From NCBI GenBank assembly GCA_001179505.1, contig CDMY01000403.1, positions 21,790 through 85,789 on the forward strand: DNA of 64,000 nt. Reading direction: 5' to 3'. Numbering within the stretch: the first letter of the stretch is position 1; each line of letters starts with the position of its first letter. Of this stretch, positions 1-11,449 are shown piece by piece. The notes under the pieces were generated by a model, which ran no database searches, had not been told where the DNA came from, and saw nothing but the letters and a program-made list of their open reading frames with translations. The DNA comes from Vitrella brassicaformis CCMP3155 (Eukaryota; Protista; Chromerida). The translations under genes and the position numbers were made by a program.

Positions 1-2272
1 GGCAGCGATGAAAAAAGGGAGGACCCGGAGGGGGACGCCACAGAGAGGGACCGTCAAGAGAGGGAAGATTCTCACAGGGTGGTTGCCGCGTTGCCTGACC
101 GGGCCAGATATCTAGTGGTGAAGGTACTGTGTGGAACAGCACAGATGTGGAACAGCACTCTCAGGACCAGCACGGTATCTTTGGATGGATGCAGCTCCTA
201 TGGATAATCGACCTTCTCAAGTCGCTCGGTGATTCCACACACAGGGATTGACTCATGACGGAGAAAACAGTGTTTGTGGTGGTGCAGAGAACCACCACGA
301 TCAGCACCTCCTGCACAGCCACCTGTCTCTTAAGGACCTCTGCCTCCTCCCCTCTCCGTCATCAGCCTTCATTCCCCCGCCCCCTCCACCCCCGCCCCCA
401 CCGCCACCGGTCCCCACATTCCTTCCGCCACCAGAGCCCATCGAGCAGCCCCCAACACGTAGGCATGCAGTCGTTGAATATATGGATCGCCACTCTGTGT
501 CTTTTGATCAGCAAAGTCGCCGCCCAGCCGGGGCCGAGGGAGAGGCAAGGCCAGGGGCAAGAGGAAATCAACAATAATGGCCAAGAAGGCGGCGGAGATC
601 CTGCCTCCACCGCCACCGCAGCCGGCCGTGCCTGAGAGTGTCATTGAGGATATATTGACGCCTCCCCCGTCCCCGCCCGAGCCAATGCCCGTGAGGAGAT
701 TCCCTTTCGATGTATCGCCTGCATGGTACGCTTGGAGAGGCGTCCATGCCCCACTTCAGTTTGGCTGTGTTTAACAGGGTTGCCTTCATGGACTGGCAGG
801 GCGTTGTGTGTGCGCCAAGGGATAATCGGGGGCAAGACCCAGTGATGGTCCAGGCCCCATTGCCCTCGCGGGAGCTCCGTGACTTCATCCAAGAACAGTG
901 TAACAGAGAGAGGCTGTCGCTTGTGAAGAGAGACACGCCAATGACGGACAAGTGGTGGACGGCGTGGGTCAAGGCCCACAGTGACGAAGACTGGATGAAG
1001 GGCACCGAGGCGATGCGAGACACGATGGCCGACGAGACGCTGAGAGAAGGCCTCCTGGACAGCCTCTTAAGAGCTGCGCCCGAGAGGGTGAGTGAGTGAG
1101 ACAGAGAGAGACATCCCCCGTCTCTGTGTGTGGATGCAAAGAGTTGCATCCAGGTCATCGAGTACGCGAAGGCTTCGCTGGGCGAAGCCATTGCGGAGAA
1201 CCGCGATCGCGTGGGTGGGTGTGGCATCGGCCCCTGGACAGATGTGTATGCAGTCGGGATGGTCATGTATGAGCTGCTCACTGGTAGAGAACCCGTTTTG
1301 TCAGCCACACGTTTTGATTTCATGTGTCTGCTGCTCAGGCTCTTTGCCGCACTGCAGCACGCTGCCCGCGCTACAGGTAGACAGATATGAAGCCCGCAAC
1401 TGCGCACACGAGCTGCACGTGTGTGTGTATGTGTTTGTGTGTGTTTGTGTCCTTCCGTCATACAGAAATCTCTTTTACACTTCTCCAGTGAGTGCGCCAC
1501 AGCCTCAGCAGCTCCCCCCGTCCCGCCAACCAACACCCGCCCGTCGGCCCCAGACAACGAGTACCCCTTCCTCACATACGATGCATACCTCTGGCCCGAT
1601 GTCTCGTCTCTCCCGCACACACGCCGTGTCTCATCGTCCAGCAGCGCCTCTCGAGCTGGTGGAGAGGACGGCAGCCCCTCTGTGCGTGACGACAGGAGCC
1701 CCTCTGCTCGGCTCTCTGTGAGCAGCTCCTCGGCCCGCTCGTCGACTGTGAGTTTCCCCGGCTCCTCGGTCAGGGACGAGCCGAGCGAGAGCATCGAGGA
1801 CGCCTTCGTGGTAAGGATGCATGACGAACAGGTGGCAATTAAAAAGTCAAAGGCGATCGGGTACAACAGCCTGCAGAAGGCGGGGGCGGCTCTTGTCGTG
1901 GCCCTTGAGGATTATGAGAATGACATGTGGACATTCCCTCGGTGGGCCGATCTGCACTCACCCCTTCTTTTTCTGCCGGCAAGAAAGAAGCCAGAGACGA
2001 CACACACAGAAGGGGCGGGGAGTGGGGTGAGGAGGAAAGGCGGACAGAGGTCTGTCGTTGCTAGGAGAGACGAGCTGCTAGACATCCTGCACGCTGCATG
2101 TGCAAAGAAACCATCTCAGAGATACCAGAGTGCAGGCGAGATGCGGCAACAACTGGTGAGTAGAATTATTTCAGAAAGACGGTTTCATGATACATCTCGT
2201 GGGTCTGTCTCATGCTGTCAACTGCAGGAGGCGTATTTGCGTGACATATTGTCGCTGTGCTTGCAAGAGTGA
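1..2272 (+). CDS. Divergent protein kinase-like (pseudokinase) gene, multi-exon, 5' end outside the window
   Basis: Manual splicing: exon 1-123 ends YLVVK (VAIK-like); exon from 288 has LLHSHLSLKDLCL at the HRDLKPEN position; VAFMDWQG (about 778-800) at the DFG position; DVYAVGMVMYELLTG (about 1240-1285, subdomain IX); CAKKPSQRYQSAGEM (about 2100-2145, subdomain XI). GT-AG introns and Pro/Ser-rich inserts separate the motifs. Confidence 0.6.
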
Positions 2273-2381
2273 CTATCAGGTCTAGCACTAGCAAGCACCG
2301 CTAGTCTTCATGTACGTGCACACTTCCAGCGCGTTCATGCAGCCTTTACAGGTCGTCCCACATGGACCTACCAGATGTCCT

Positions 2382-3247
2382 TCACCAATTCGACGTCCAG
2401 ATGTCCTTCACCATTTCGACCCATATAATTGCCAAAAGCACCAGAAGGGCAACAACCGGATACCCATACAGTGTCCAGGGCAGAAATCCGAATAAGATCA
2501 TGGAACCCCAACCCGGCAGGACCTGGACCACGGCTTTCTTGAATACAAGGGTCAGGCCCAAGATTGGGAAATAGGCGACGGCCGAAGTGATCATGACCTT
2601 ATTGACACCGCGTATCATCCCCCGTGCGCCTGTCCATATACACACACAACAAATTGAATGTGTATGGACACTGTCCATCCAGACCAGCAGAGGACACAAA
2701 ACACGCGTCTACGTGCGTGTGTGGGTTTTTTACTGTCAAGATTGATGTCGACACTGGGCAGTGGAATGCTGCTCAGCGACTCTGCATGGAGGCACCGATA
2801 GACACACACATGACATACATGCCTCTTCTCGTGCACATCTCGGCAGCAAGAGCTCGAGCGACACTCACGTTGCATCAGCTCGATCGCGCCGGGTGTCCTC
2901 TCCTCCTGCAGCCATGCATATCTCGCCTGCAGGTCATTGAGTTGCTCCTGCAGTGTCCTGATGTGCTCGAGCGACGCCCTTTCCCTCTTCTCGGACCTCG
3001 CCAGGCGGTCAGCCAAGGGCAAGCTGGCGTCATCTTCCCACTGAGTGAGTGCATGGACAAAAGCAGATCATCCATCCATTGGATGCATCAGATCAAGTCG
3101 CTGCGTGCTTGCCTGTGTCCGCTTGTCGCTCGGCGGTTGTTTGCCATGGCTGCGCACGACGGCCCGTACTGCCGCATCCATCGACGGCAAAAAAGAATGA
3201 ATTCTCGGCAAGATCGACAGAAAGCCGAGCAACAAAAACAGCCGCAT
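2382..3247 (-). CDS. Small membrane protein with bipartite signal + transit-like leader, coiled coil and C-terminal TM helices (copy A, 4 exons, about 200 aa)
   Basis: Exon 1 3247-3113 MRLFLLLGFLSILPRIHS-FLPSMDAAVRAVVRSHGKQPPSDKRTQ; GC-AG intron 3112-3041; exon 2 3040-2869 WEDDASLPLADRLARSEKRERASLEHIRTLQEQLNDLQ...; short exon 3; last exon hydrophobic (VAYFPILGLTLVF...LPWTLYGYPVVALLVLLAIIW). All junctions keep frame. Confidence 0.65.
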
Positions 3248-3410
3248 GGTATGCACACCGCCTTCAAACAGACTCATCCGTCGTTTTGTCGTCTCCTCGC
3301 GTTCGATTGCGAGCTCAGAGAGAGGTGTTTTGTCTCTCTCGAATATTTAGAGAAAGGCGCTCGGAGAAGGTGAAAAGAGATCTGTTGTGGTGGTCGATAC
3401 AGCGATAGGT

Positions 3411-3756
3411 ATGATGCGTGACTTTCTTGTCACTCACGCTCTCCTGGTGATGGCCCTGACAGGCGCGTCAGTCACAGGTGATACCCTCCCTCATACACAC
3501 GGACAGACACACACCCCTTGACATCACCTCTTTCATGCACAACTCTGCGCGCGTGTGTGTGTGTTGTGTCCGTCGCTGCAGGCGAAACAGGCGAGGCACG
3601 TGATGAGGACATAATGGGGACAGTCAGTGTGAGTGAGAGGGCCGACTTGATGTACCCTCACCGAGTTCCGGACTCTCACAACTAATCTGGGGGGCGAGAA
3701 CTCCGGTGGCCAAGATGACACTGGTGGGCAGACTTGGCAAACTCGCACTTGACAAT
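3411..3756 (+). CDS. 5' part of a small secreted protein gene, cut off by the gap (duplicate of 5139-5721)
   Basis: Starts MMRDFLVTHALLVMALTGASVTG (signal-peptide-like), followed by a GT-AG intron; sequence matches 5139-5484. Confidence 0.4.
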
Positions 3757-4056
3757 NNNNNNNNNNNNNNNNNNNNNNNNNNNNNNNNNNNNNNNNNNNN
3801 NNNNNNNNNNNNNNNNNNNNNNNNNNNNNNNNNNNNNNNNNNNNNNNNNNNNNNNNNNNNNNNNNNNNNNNNNNNNNNNNNNNNNNNNNNNNNNNNNNNN
3901 NNNNNNNNNNNNNNNNNNNNNNNNNNNNNNNNNNNNNNNNNNNNNNNNNNNNNNNNNNNNNNNNNNNNNNNNNNNNNNNNNNNNNNNNNNNNNNNNNNNN
4001 NNNNNNNNNNNNNNNNNNNNNNNNNNNNNNNNNNNNNNNNNNNNNNNNNNNNNNNN
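3757..4056. other. Assembly gap (N run)
   Basis: 300 consecutive N. Confidence 1.
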
Positions 4057-4109
4057 GCGCGTTCATGCAGCCTTTACAGGTCGTCCCACATGGACCTACC
4101 AGATGTCCT

Positions 4110-4975
4110 TCACCAATTCGACGTCCAGATGTCCTTCACCATTTCGACCCATATAATTGCCAAAAGCACCAGAAGGGCAACAACCGGATACCCATACAGT
4201 GTCCAGGGCAGAAATCCGAATAAGATCATGGAACCCCAACCCGGCAGGACCTGGACCACGGCTTTCTTGAATACAAGGGTCAGGCCCAAGATTGGGAAAT
4301 AGGCGACGGCCGAAGTGATCATGACCTTATTGACACCGCGTATCATCCCCCGTGCGCCTGTCCATATACACACACAACAAATTGAATGTGTATGGACACT
4401 GTCCATCCAGACCAGCAGAGGACACAAAACACGCGTCTACGTGCGTGTGTGGGTTTTTTACTGTCAAGATTGATGTCGACACTGGGCAGTGGAATGCTGC
4501 TCAGCGACTCTGCATGGAGGCACCGATAGACACACACATGACATACATGCCTCTTCTCGTGCACATCTCGGCAGCAAGAGCTCGAGCGACACTCACGTTG
4601 CATCAGCTCGATCGCGCCGGGTGTCCTCTCCTCCTGCAGCCATGCATATCTCGCCTGCAGGTCATTGAGTTGCTCCTGCAGTGTCCTGATGTGCTCGAGC
4701 GACGCCCTTTCCCTCTTCTCGGACCTCGCCAGGCGGTCAGCCAAGGGCAAGCTGGCGTCATCTTCCCACTGAGTGAGTGCATGGACAAAAGCAGATCATC
4801 CATCCATTGGATGCATCAGATCAAGTCGCTGCGTGCTTGCCTGTGTCCGCTTGTCGCTCGGCGGTTGTTTGCCATGGCTGCGCACGACGGCCCGTACTGC
4901 CGCATCCATCGACGGCAAAAAAGAATGAATTCTCGGCAAGATCGACAGAAAGCCGAGCAACAAAAACAGCCGCAT
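4110..4975 (-). CDS. Small putatively plastid-targeted membrane protein (copy B, same as copy A)
   Basis: Same exon structure as 2382-3247, shifted by 1728 bp. Confidence 0.65.
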
Positions 4976-5138
4976 GGTATGCACACCGCCTTCAAACAGA
5001 CTCATCCGTCGTTTTGTCGTCTCCTCGCGTTCGATTGCGAGCTCAGAGAGAGGTGTTTTGTCTCTCTCGAATATTTAGAGAAAGGCGCTCGGAGAAGGTG
5101 AAAAGAGATCTGTTGTGGTGGTCGATACAGCGATAGGT

Positions 5139-5721
5139 ATGATGCGTGACTTTCTTGTCACTCACGCTCTCCTGGTGATGGCCCTGACAGGCGCGTCAGT
5201 CACAGGTGATACCCTCCCTCATACACACGGACAGACACACACCCCTTGACATCACCTCTTTCATGCACAACTCTGCGCGCGTGTGTGTGTGTTGTGTCCG
5301 TCGCTGCAGGCGAAACAGGCGAGGCACGTGATGAGGACATAATGGGGACAGTCAGTGTGAGTGAGAGGGCCGACTTGATGTACCCTCACCGAGTTCCGGA
5401 CTCTCACAACTAATCTGGGGGGCGAGAACTCCGGTGGCCAAGATGACACTGGTGGGCAGACTTGGCAAACTCGCACTTGACAATGGTCCTTTCGTGCGTT
5501 TGTCCATTCGTTCGTTCGTTCGTTCGTGTGTGTGTGTGTGTGCAGGTGATTCAGTGCGGTCACTTGTGCCCGGCCTCATGGTCGGTGATGGCGATGCGAT
5601 GGATGCGGAAACAGAGCTGACCCGCGAGGGCAGCCCACTCGATGTCGGATCTGGCAGCAGCCACCATAATGGCAATGGCGATTCCACCAGCACCCAGAGG
5701 CTTCGGGGTCGGCCGCCGTGA
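5139..5721 (+). CDS. Hypothetical small secreted protein
   Basis: Signal-like exon 1 MMRDFLVTHALLVMALTGASVTG; last exon after a (GT)n intron reads DSVRSLVPGLMVGDGDAMDAETELTREGSPLDVGSGSS...RGRPP-stop. Middle splicing is ambiguous. Confidence 0.4.
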
Positions 5722-5904
5722 CTGCACTGTTTGCTGTGCGTGTTGATAGATATGAGAAGGGATGCGTGCGTGTTGTTGGCTGCATAATTCAGACATGATT
5801 GGTGGATGCATGTATGCTTCAACGGGCACGCAACAGGACAGACAGACTGCTCGACAGACAGACTGCTCGATGGATTGACGTCACTCACGCGCACGTGCAC
5901 GCAC

Positions 5905-5965
5905 AAAAACAGTGAATTCTCGGGAAGATGGACAGAAAGCCGAGAAAAAAAAAAAACAGCCGCAT
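5905..5965 (-). pseudogene. Exon-1 remnant of the tandem membrane-protein family
   Basis: ATG at 5965 gives MRLFFFFLGFLSIFPRIH, a diverged copy of MRLFLLLGFLSILPRIH; homology stops after about 18 codons. Confidence 0.55.
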
Positions 5966-6007
5966 GACGCACACCGCCTTCACACACCCAAGCAGAATCG
6001 ACCATGC

Positions 6008-6819
6008 CTACAGGAGTTCGTCCCACATGCCCTTTGCAATTACGACGAATCCCCCGGCAACACAGATCAACGAGACAACGCTCGCATACCCATACAGTGT
6101 CCAGGGCAGAAATTCAAAGAAGACCTTGGCAGCCCCAACCCTCGGCCCATCTGGGCTGATGACAAGGATCACCACCCAGATTGGAGCGTAGACAACGGCC
6201 GAAGTGAGCATGACCTTATTGAAGAGGCGCATCATCGCCACAGCACCTGTCATGCAGACCAGGAGAGGACAGAAAACACGCGTCTATCTGTGCGCGTGTT
6301 TTTTCTACTGTCAAGATTGATGTCGACACTGGGCAGTTGAATGCTGCTCAGCGACTCTGCATGGAAACACCGATAGACAGACACACAGCACCTGTCTTGT
6401 GCATATTTCGCCCAAAGTCGCACTAACATCGCATCAGCTCCCCCATGGATGGCGCCCTCAAGTCCCTCTCCTCCTGCAACCGTTGCAGTTGTGTCTTCAG
6501 GTCATTGAGCTGCTCCTGCAGTGTCCTGATGTGCTCGAGCGACGCCCTTTCCCTCTTCTCGGACCTCGCCAGGCGGTCAGCCAAGGGCAAGCTGGCGTCA
6601 TCTTCCCACTGAGTGAGTGCATGGACAAAAGCAGATCATCCATCCATTGGATGCATCAGATCAAGTCGCGGGCTACATGCTTGCCTGTGTCCGCTTGTCG
6701 CTCGGCGGTTGTTTGCCATGGCTGCGCACGACGGCCCGTACTGCCGCATCCATCGACGGCAAAAATGAATGAATTCTCGGCAAGATCGACAGAAAGCCGA
6801 GCAACAAAAACAGTCGCAT
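6008..6819 (-). CDS. Third, diverged paralog of the membrane protein (copy C); possibly a pseudogene because the orthologous splice creates TAG
   Basis: Exon 1 and the first half of exon 2 are near-identical to copies A/B; the last exon is diverged but open (NKVMLTSAVVYAPIWVVILVI...FLPWTLYGYASVVSLICVAGG). Junction 6428 / 6356-6355 reads T+AG. Confidence 0.55.
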
Positions 6820-7062
6820 GATGCACACCGCCTTCAAACAGACTCATCCGTCGTTTTCTTCCATCGGCTTAGCCCGCATTCGATTGCGAGCTCAGCTGGT
6901 TGGAGTCGATTCTCTCCAACTCGATGAGGCGGACACGCCACAACACGATGGAGCTGCACCACTGCTTGTCTGTTCTGCTGTAACGCAGGTGTGACCTGGT
7001 TGATCAAACTGAGGGATCATCGCGGGCCTGCAGCTGGAGATGGCCGCTCTGAAGCCTGTTGA

Positions 7063-10000
7063 ATGAATGCGCCAATCCCTCATTCCCTCATCGCGGCCGC
7101 CCTGCTGATCCACCTCGTCGTCACAGCCATTTCAGCACCCAGAGCACACGCCTTCCCCCGCAACTCACCCCTCTCATACACAGCTTCCGACAAGCACAGC
7201 AGCCAAAGGCGCCATGTGGCTCTCTATGGCCAGCAGCAGCCGGGCGGCAACCCCATCAGCAGCTTCATTGACGCCTTCACGGGCAAGGCTGCCGCCGAGC
7301 AGCGGGCGAGGGAGAGGGCGGAGACTGAGAGGCGGCGACAGGTTGTCTATTCTCTCGAGGGAGATGTGGACGATGATACGGCGCTTCACGAGGGAGGCAG
7401 GACCATGCAACGCGAGCTGGAGAGCTGCACGAGTGCCGCTGACGTCCTGACAGCAGTCACTGATGTACAACATGACTCATCTTTTGCCCCTGTTTCGGGA
7501 GACTTGCTCCGGCTCGCGTGGGGACGCATCGAGCACCTCACGCCATCTTTGCGCGCCGCGGCCGAGGTCAAGACCGATCCCAGGCTGCCTCTGCTCGTCC
7601 AGCAATCCGTCGCCAACAGCATCGCCAATCAAGACGCCTCAATCGCGTCGGCGCTGCTCTCCTGTCTGGGCAAGCTGCGGCTGCGCGAGAGGGAGCTGGT
7701 CCCCAACGTGCCGTCGATCATGGGGGCGGCAGACCTAGTGGCTGCCCAGTGGGACAAGATGCCCGTGCGCGCCCTGATGGATGCATTACGGGGCCTTTCA
7801 CAGCTGGGCGTGGCGACTGGGCCGCTCCTCTCCCAGCGCATCGATGCCGACACCAACAGGCGGATGCGCACCTTCCTATCGTCGGCTCATCTCTCTTTAC
7901 GCGACCTGGCGGACTTCCTCCGGTATGCGACAGTAATGCGGTGGGAGTTTGATCAACTGGCCTCCCCGCTGCTGGTGGCCGCTGCGAGATTGCTCAAGAG
8001 GGAGCGCAAGAGGGGCGGAAGGAAAGGCGAGTGCCACCCACACCTGGCGAGCTTGCTGCATGGGCTGGCGAGGACCAAATGCCATCTCGCGATGGGGCAG
8101 AGTGACGACGTCAGGACGGCATATGAGGGGGTTCTCACTGAGACGGCGACCATTCTGAGGAGCGACCCCACACCGATGGCGGCGAAGGATGTGGCGCGAC
8201 TGCTCAGGGGCCTCGCTGTGCTCCAGGAAGACAGCGGCCAAGACGAAAGCAGCGACAAGGAGCACCAATGTTTATTGATGGCGGTGCTGCAGGTCGCCCA
8301 GAAGCGTCTCGTCATCAGCAACGGCACGCAGCCGATCGAGCCGACTGTCCACGTGCTGTCTGCGTTGCAGAGCTTCCCAAGGGGGCAGGGCGGCATTTCT
8401 GACGGCCGGCTGGCGGCGCTGACGGCCCATGTGCACTGCCATGTGAAGCGGCTGTCTTTGCGGCAGGGCGGGGCCATTCTCTCGGCTCTTGCTCGCTTGG
8501 ACGTACGCGACAGTGAGCTGCTCTCTTTGCTTGCTCGCCGCATGGAGGCGCTGATCAAGACGCAGACGGGCAGACAGAAGAAAGGAGCGGTGCAGCAAGG
8601 GCATGTCAGTGACCCTGCCAGTCCCCTGCTTCCATCCCACTCCCGCCCCTTCGACTCCGAGCACGGCATCACGAGCCCAATCGCTACCGCTGTGTGGGCA
8701 CTCGGTCGCCTCAATTACCGCGATATGGCGCTGCTGGAGACGGCAGCCAGCTGGTCGCGTGTGGGATATGGTGGCATGAGTGCTTTGGAGAAAAGCATGA
8801 TGGTCTGGGGCTTCGGGCAATGTGGTGTGCGTCCAGAGGGCCTGTTGGTGCGACTGAAGAGGGAGGGGGAGGGGTGGGTCAGCCGGCTGGGAGATAGGGA
8901 GCTCGGAATGGCGGCGGTAAGCTGAGCTGCGCCCGCCCCACCTTTCCTGAGCCGATCATGGTGTGCCGTAATTGTTTGTGTTGCAGGTTGGTCTAGCCAA
9001 GATTGGCTTTCAGTCGCCTTCACTGCTGTCGGCCATCGCCAGGCGGGCCATGTCCCTCTGCGAGCGCGGCCACCTGCCGCCACGTCAGCTGACCAACATC
9101 CTCTGGTCCCTCGGCCGCCTGGGCGTCGTCCACAACCCCTTAATGCGAGCCGCATGCCAAATGCTCACCTCCTCCCCACACCTGTTCCAGCTGCAAGAGG
9201 GCATCGGGGTGCTGCTGGCTCTTGCGTGGCTGGACTACTGTGATGAGAATGTGGCTGCTGTGGTGGCGGGCGAGTGGGAGAGGCGTGTGCAGCAACACGA
9301 CTACGAGCCGCAGCCCATAGAACTGACGGCGTTCGTGTGGGCGCTGGGGCGGCTCCGGCCACACCAATGCATCGACAGCCAAGAGCTGCTGACGGCCACG
9401 TTGCCGTTCGTGATCCGCCAATTCGCGGCATTCTCTCTCCCGCAGCTGTGCGACTACATCTGGGGCATCGGTCGCCTGCTCGCCGGCCAGACACAACCAC
9501 TCACCGTCCTCTTCCAGGCCATTGGTGAGCCGCTGAGCAGCCGGCTGGCGCAGGCGAGTCTGGCTGTGGGTGTGGGTGACGGCTATGCGGACATGTCATT
9601 GATGGACGGCAGGGGGGAGGAGAGGGAGGGAGGGGTCGGCAGGGAGACGTTTCGCACAGGCGATTTGGCCAAGCTGACCAACACCATGGCGCGTGCGAGG
9701 GTAGAGGGGCAGCACAAGCTGAAAGAGGTAGGCCGAAAGAGGCCATGCAATGCGGTCGTCCGGCTCCACAAAATCGCTGCCTGTCGGTGTTCTTCATGTT
9801 CTGTGTATGCAGGCGCTTCTTTGGCACGTCTCTGACGCATCAACGGTCCGGCAGCTGGACGTCGTGTCCCTGGTGGACATTGCCCAGTCCCTCAGCAAAC
9901 TCTACGCCTACTCTCCCACCTCGCACACGCCACAACAGTCCGACGCCGCGCGTATGCAGCCCATCCTCAAGCCCCTCATGCTCATTGCCGATGAGGTCAC

Positions 10001-11115
10001 CGCACGAGTGGCCTCACTGAGAACCGACAACAGCGATCCCGAGCTGAGCCAGCTGACGGCTGAAGAGACTCTCCGCAAGATGTCGATCGTTTTCTGGGCG
10101 TTCGGGCGGCTGCGGTTTCACCACGCGGCCTTTATGGAGGAGTTCTTTGCTTTAATGCTGGCCCTGGTGCCCTGGTCGACAGGGCGGCGGCGCAGGAAGC
10201 AGTCTGACCGTTGTCTGGCGCCTCTCGCGTGGACGCTGTCTGACCACAATTTGTGTCAGGTGTGGTGGGCGATGGGACGGTTGCAGATGAGGGAGGAGAG
10301 GGTGCTGGCCGTCATGAGGGAGGCGCTCTTGCACCGGATGAGGGCAGCGGGTGGGGAGGGAGGGGTCATGAGGGCATCGCATTTAGCGCAAGTGGTGGTT
10401 TCTATCGGGCAGCTACGCATGCCGGACGATCGCAAAGTGCTCGATGACGTGAGTGATACACACCATACTACACAGATCACGCACATTGGCCAATCCTTCC
10501 CTTCGTCAGGTCCGAGACCATCTCGTCTCGTCCGGCCGGCTGGCCACCTTCCCGCCTCGCGAGCTGTCGAATCTCATGGGCGGCCTGGCGGCCTACAACT
10601 ACAACGATCCCGCCCTCCTGCACGCAGTGCAGCAACGCTTCGCCGCCGCCCAGCACCTCTTCTCTCAACGAGACAAGATCGAGATGCAAAACGCCTTCAC
10701 ACGGCTCAACCTGCCCCTCCCTCCCCTGGTCCCCCTCTCCATCCCTTCACCACGACCACGGCCGCCCGACGGGCGTCCTTACAGAGGCAGGGGCGTGCTT
10801 TCGACAGATGAGGACTTCGCCGAACGGGTGAAGGAGGAGGCGGCCTGGAGATCTGGCGTGCATCGGGGCAGCAGGAGCAAGGGTGTGGGTGAGCTCTCGC
10901 GGCTGCAGGTCCAGACGAGAGCTGCGGAGCGGCTGATGGAGTATCTGGTCGGGAGGCCAGAGGGCAACGAGGGAGACAAGGGAGGAGCTGCACAAAGTGC
11001 CAACGGGCACAGTAGTTCGTTTGATGTGGGTGTGCTGGTCAACGGGGAAGGCAAGGGGAACGGGAGGCACGCAGGCAAGAGGAAACGAATAAGGAGTGAA
11101 GCAACAAGGCGGTAG
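7063..11115 (+). CDS. Putatively plastid-targeted helical-repeat (HPR/OPR/FASTK-like) RNA-binding protein
   Basis: Leader MNAPIPHSLIAAALLIHLVVTAISAPRAHA-FPR. Recurrent motifs ATAVWALGRL, LTNILWSLGRL, LTAFVWALGRL, LCDYIWGIGRL, IVFWAFGRL, LCQVWWAMGRL, LAQVVVSIGQL. Introns at about 8917-8986, 9729-9811 and 10450-10509. Confidence 0.7.
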
Positions 11116-11449
11116 ATGTGTGTGATGTGTGTGTGAGCGCTTTTCGGTGTTCATGCTAGGCCATGTCCAGTCCACCCGTGCAAGAGATAGATTTTTCCCT
11201 CTACGACTATGTGGATATGCACACACGGGAATGAATGGGCGGGTGGACTCGACAGCAGCTTTATTCTTCAAAGTGTGGCAATGTGAAGGAGTACTGGCCG
11301 TTTTCGGCAGGTTCAGGGTTTAGGGTTTACGAGTTCACGAGACGTCGCGATGGAATTTCCACTTTTTCTCAAAAACTCTAGATTTCATTTGAAACACGCT
11401 GGTTTTCATCTTAAACACGCTGGGAAATAGCCAACAACCCACCCCCGGG

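Larger units (their letters stand above)
2329..5484. repeat. Apparently identical 1428-bp direct duplication (2329-3756 = 4057-5484) flanking a 300-N gap
   Basis: All ORFs recur at a constant 1728-bp offset. Copy 1 ends exactly at the gap start and copy 2 starts exactly at the gap end. Confidence 0.9.

Noticed and set aside
568-1866. 432-aa minus-strand ORF
   Set aside because: Antisense shadow of the GC-rich plus-strand pseudokinase; it reads through intron repeats and has no motifs.
2329-5484. Direct repeat as LTR or transposon ends
   Set aside because: The repeat contains spliced host-type genes, has no TG...CA ends, target-site duplication or RT/transposase, and abuts an assembly gap.
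11311-11330. TTTAGGG-like telomeric motif (gttcagggtttagggttta)
   Set aside because: Only about two units; too short to call an interstitial telomere or telo-box.
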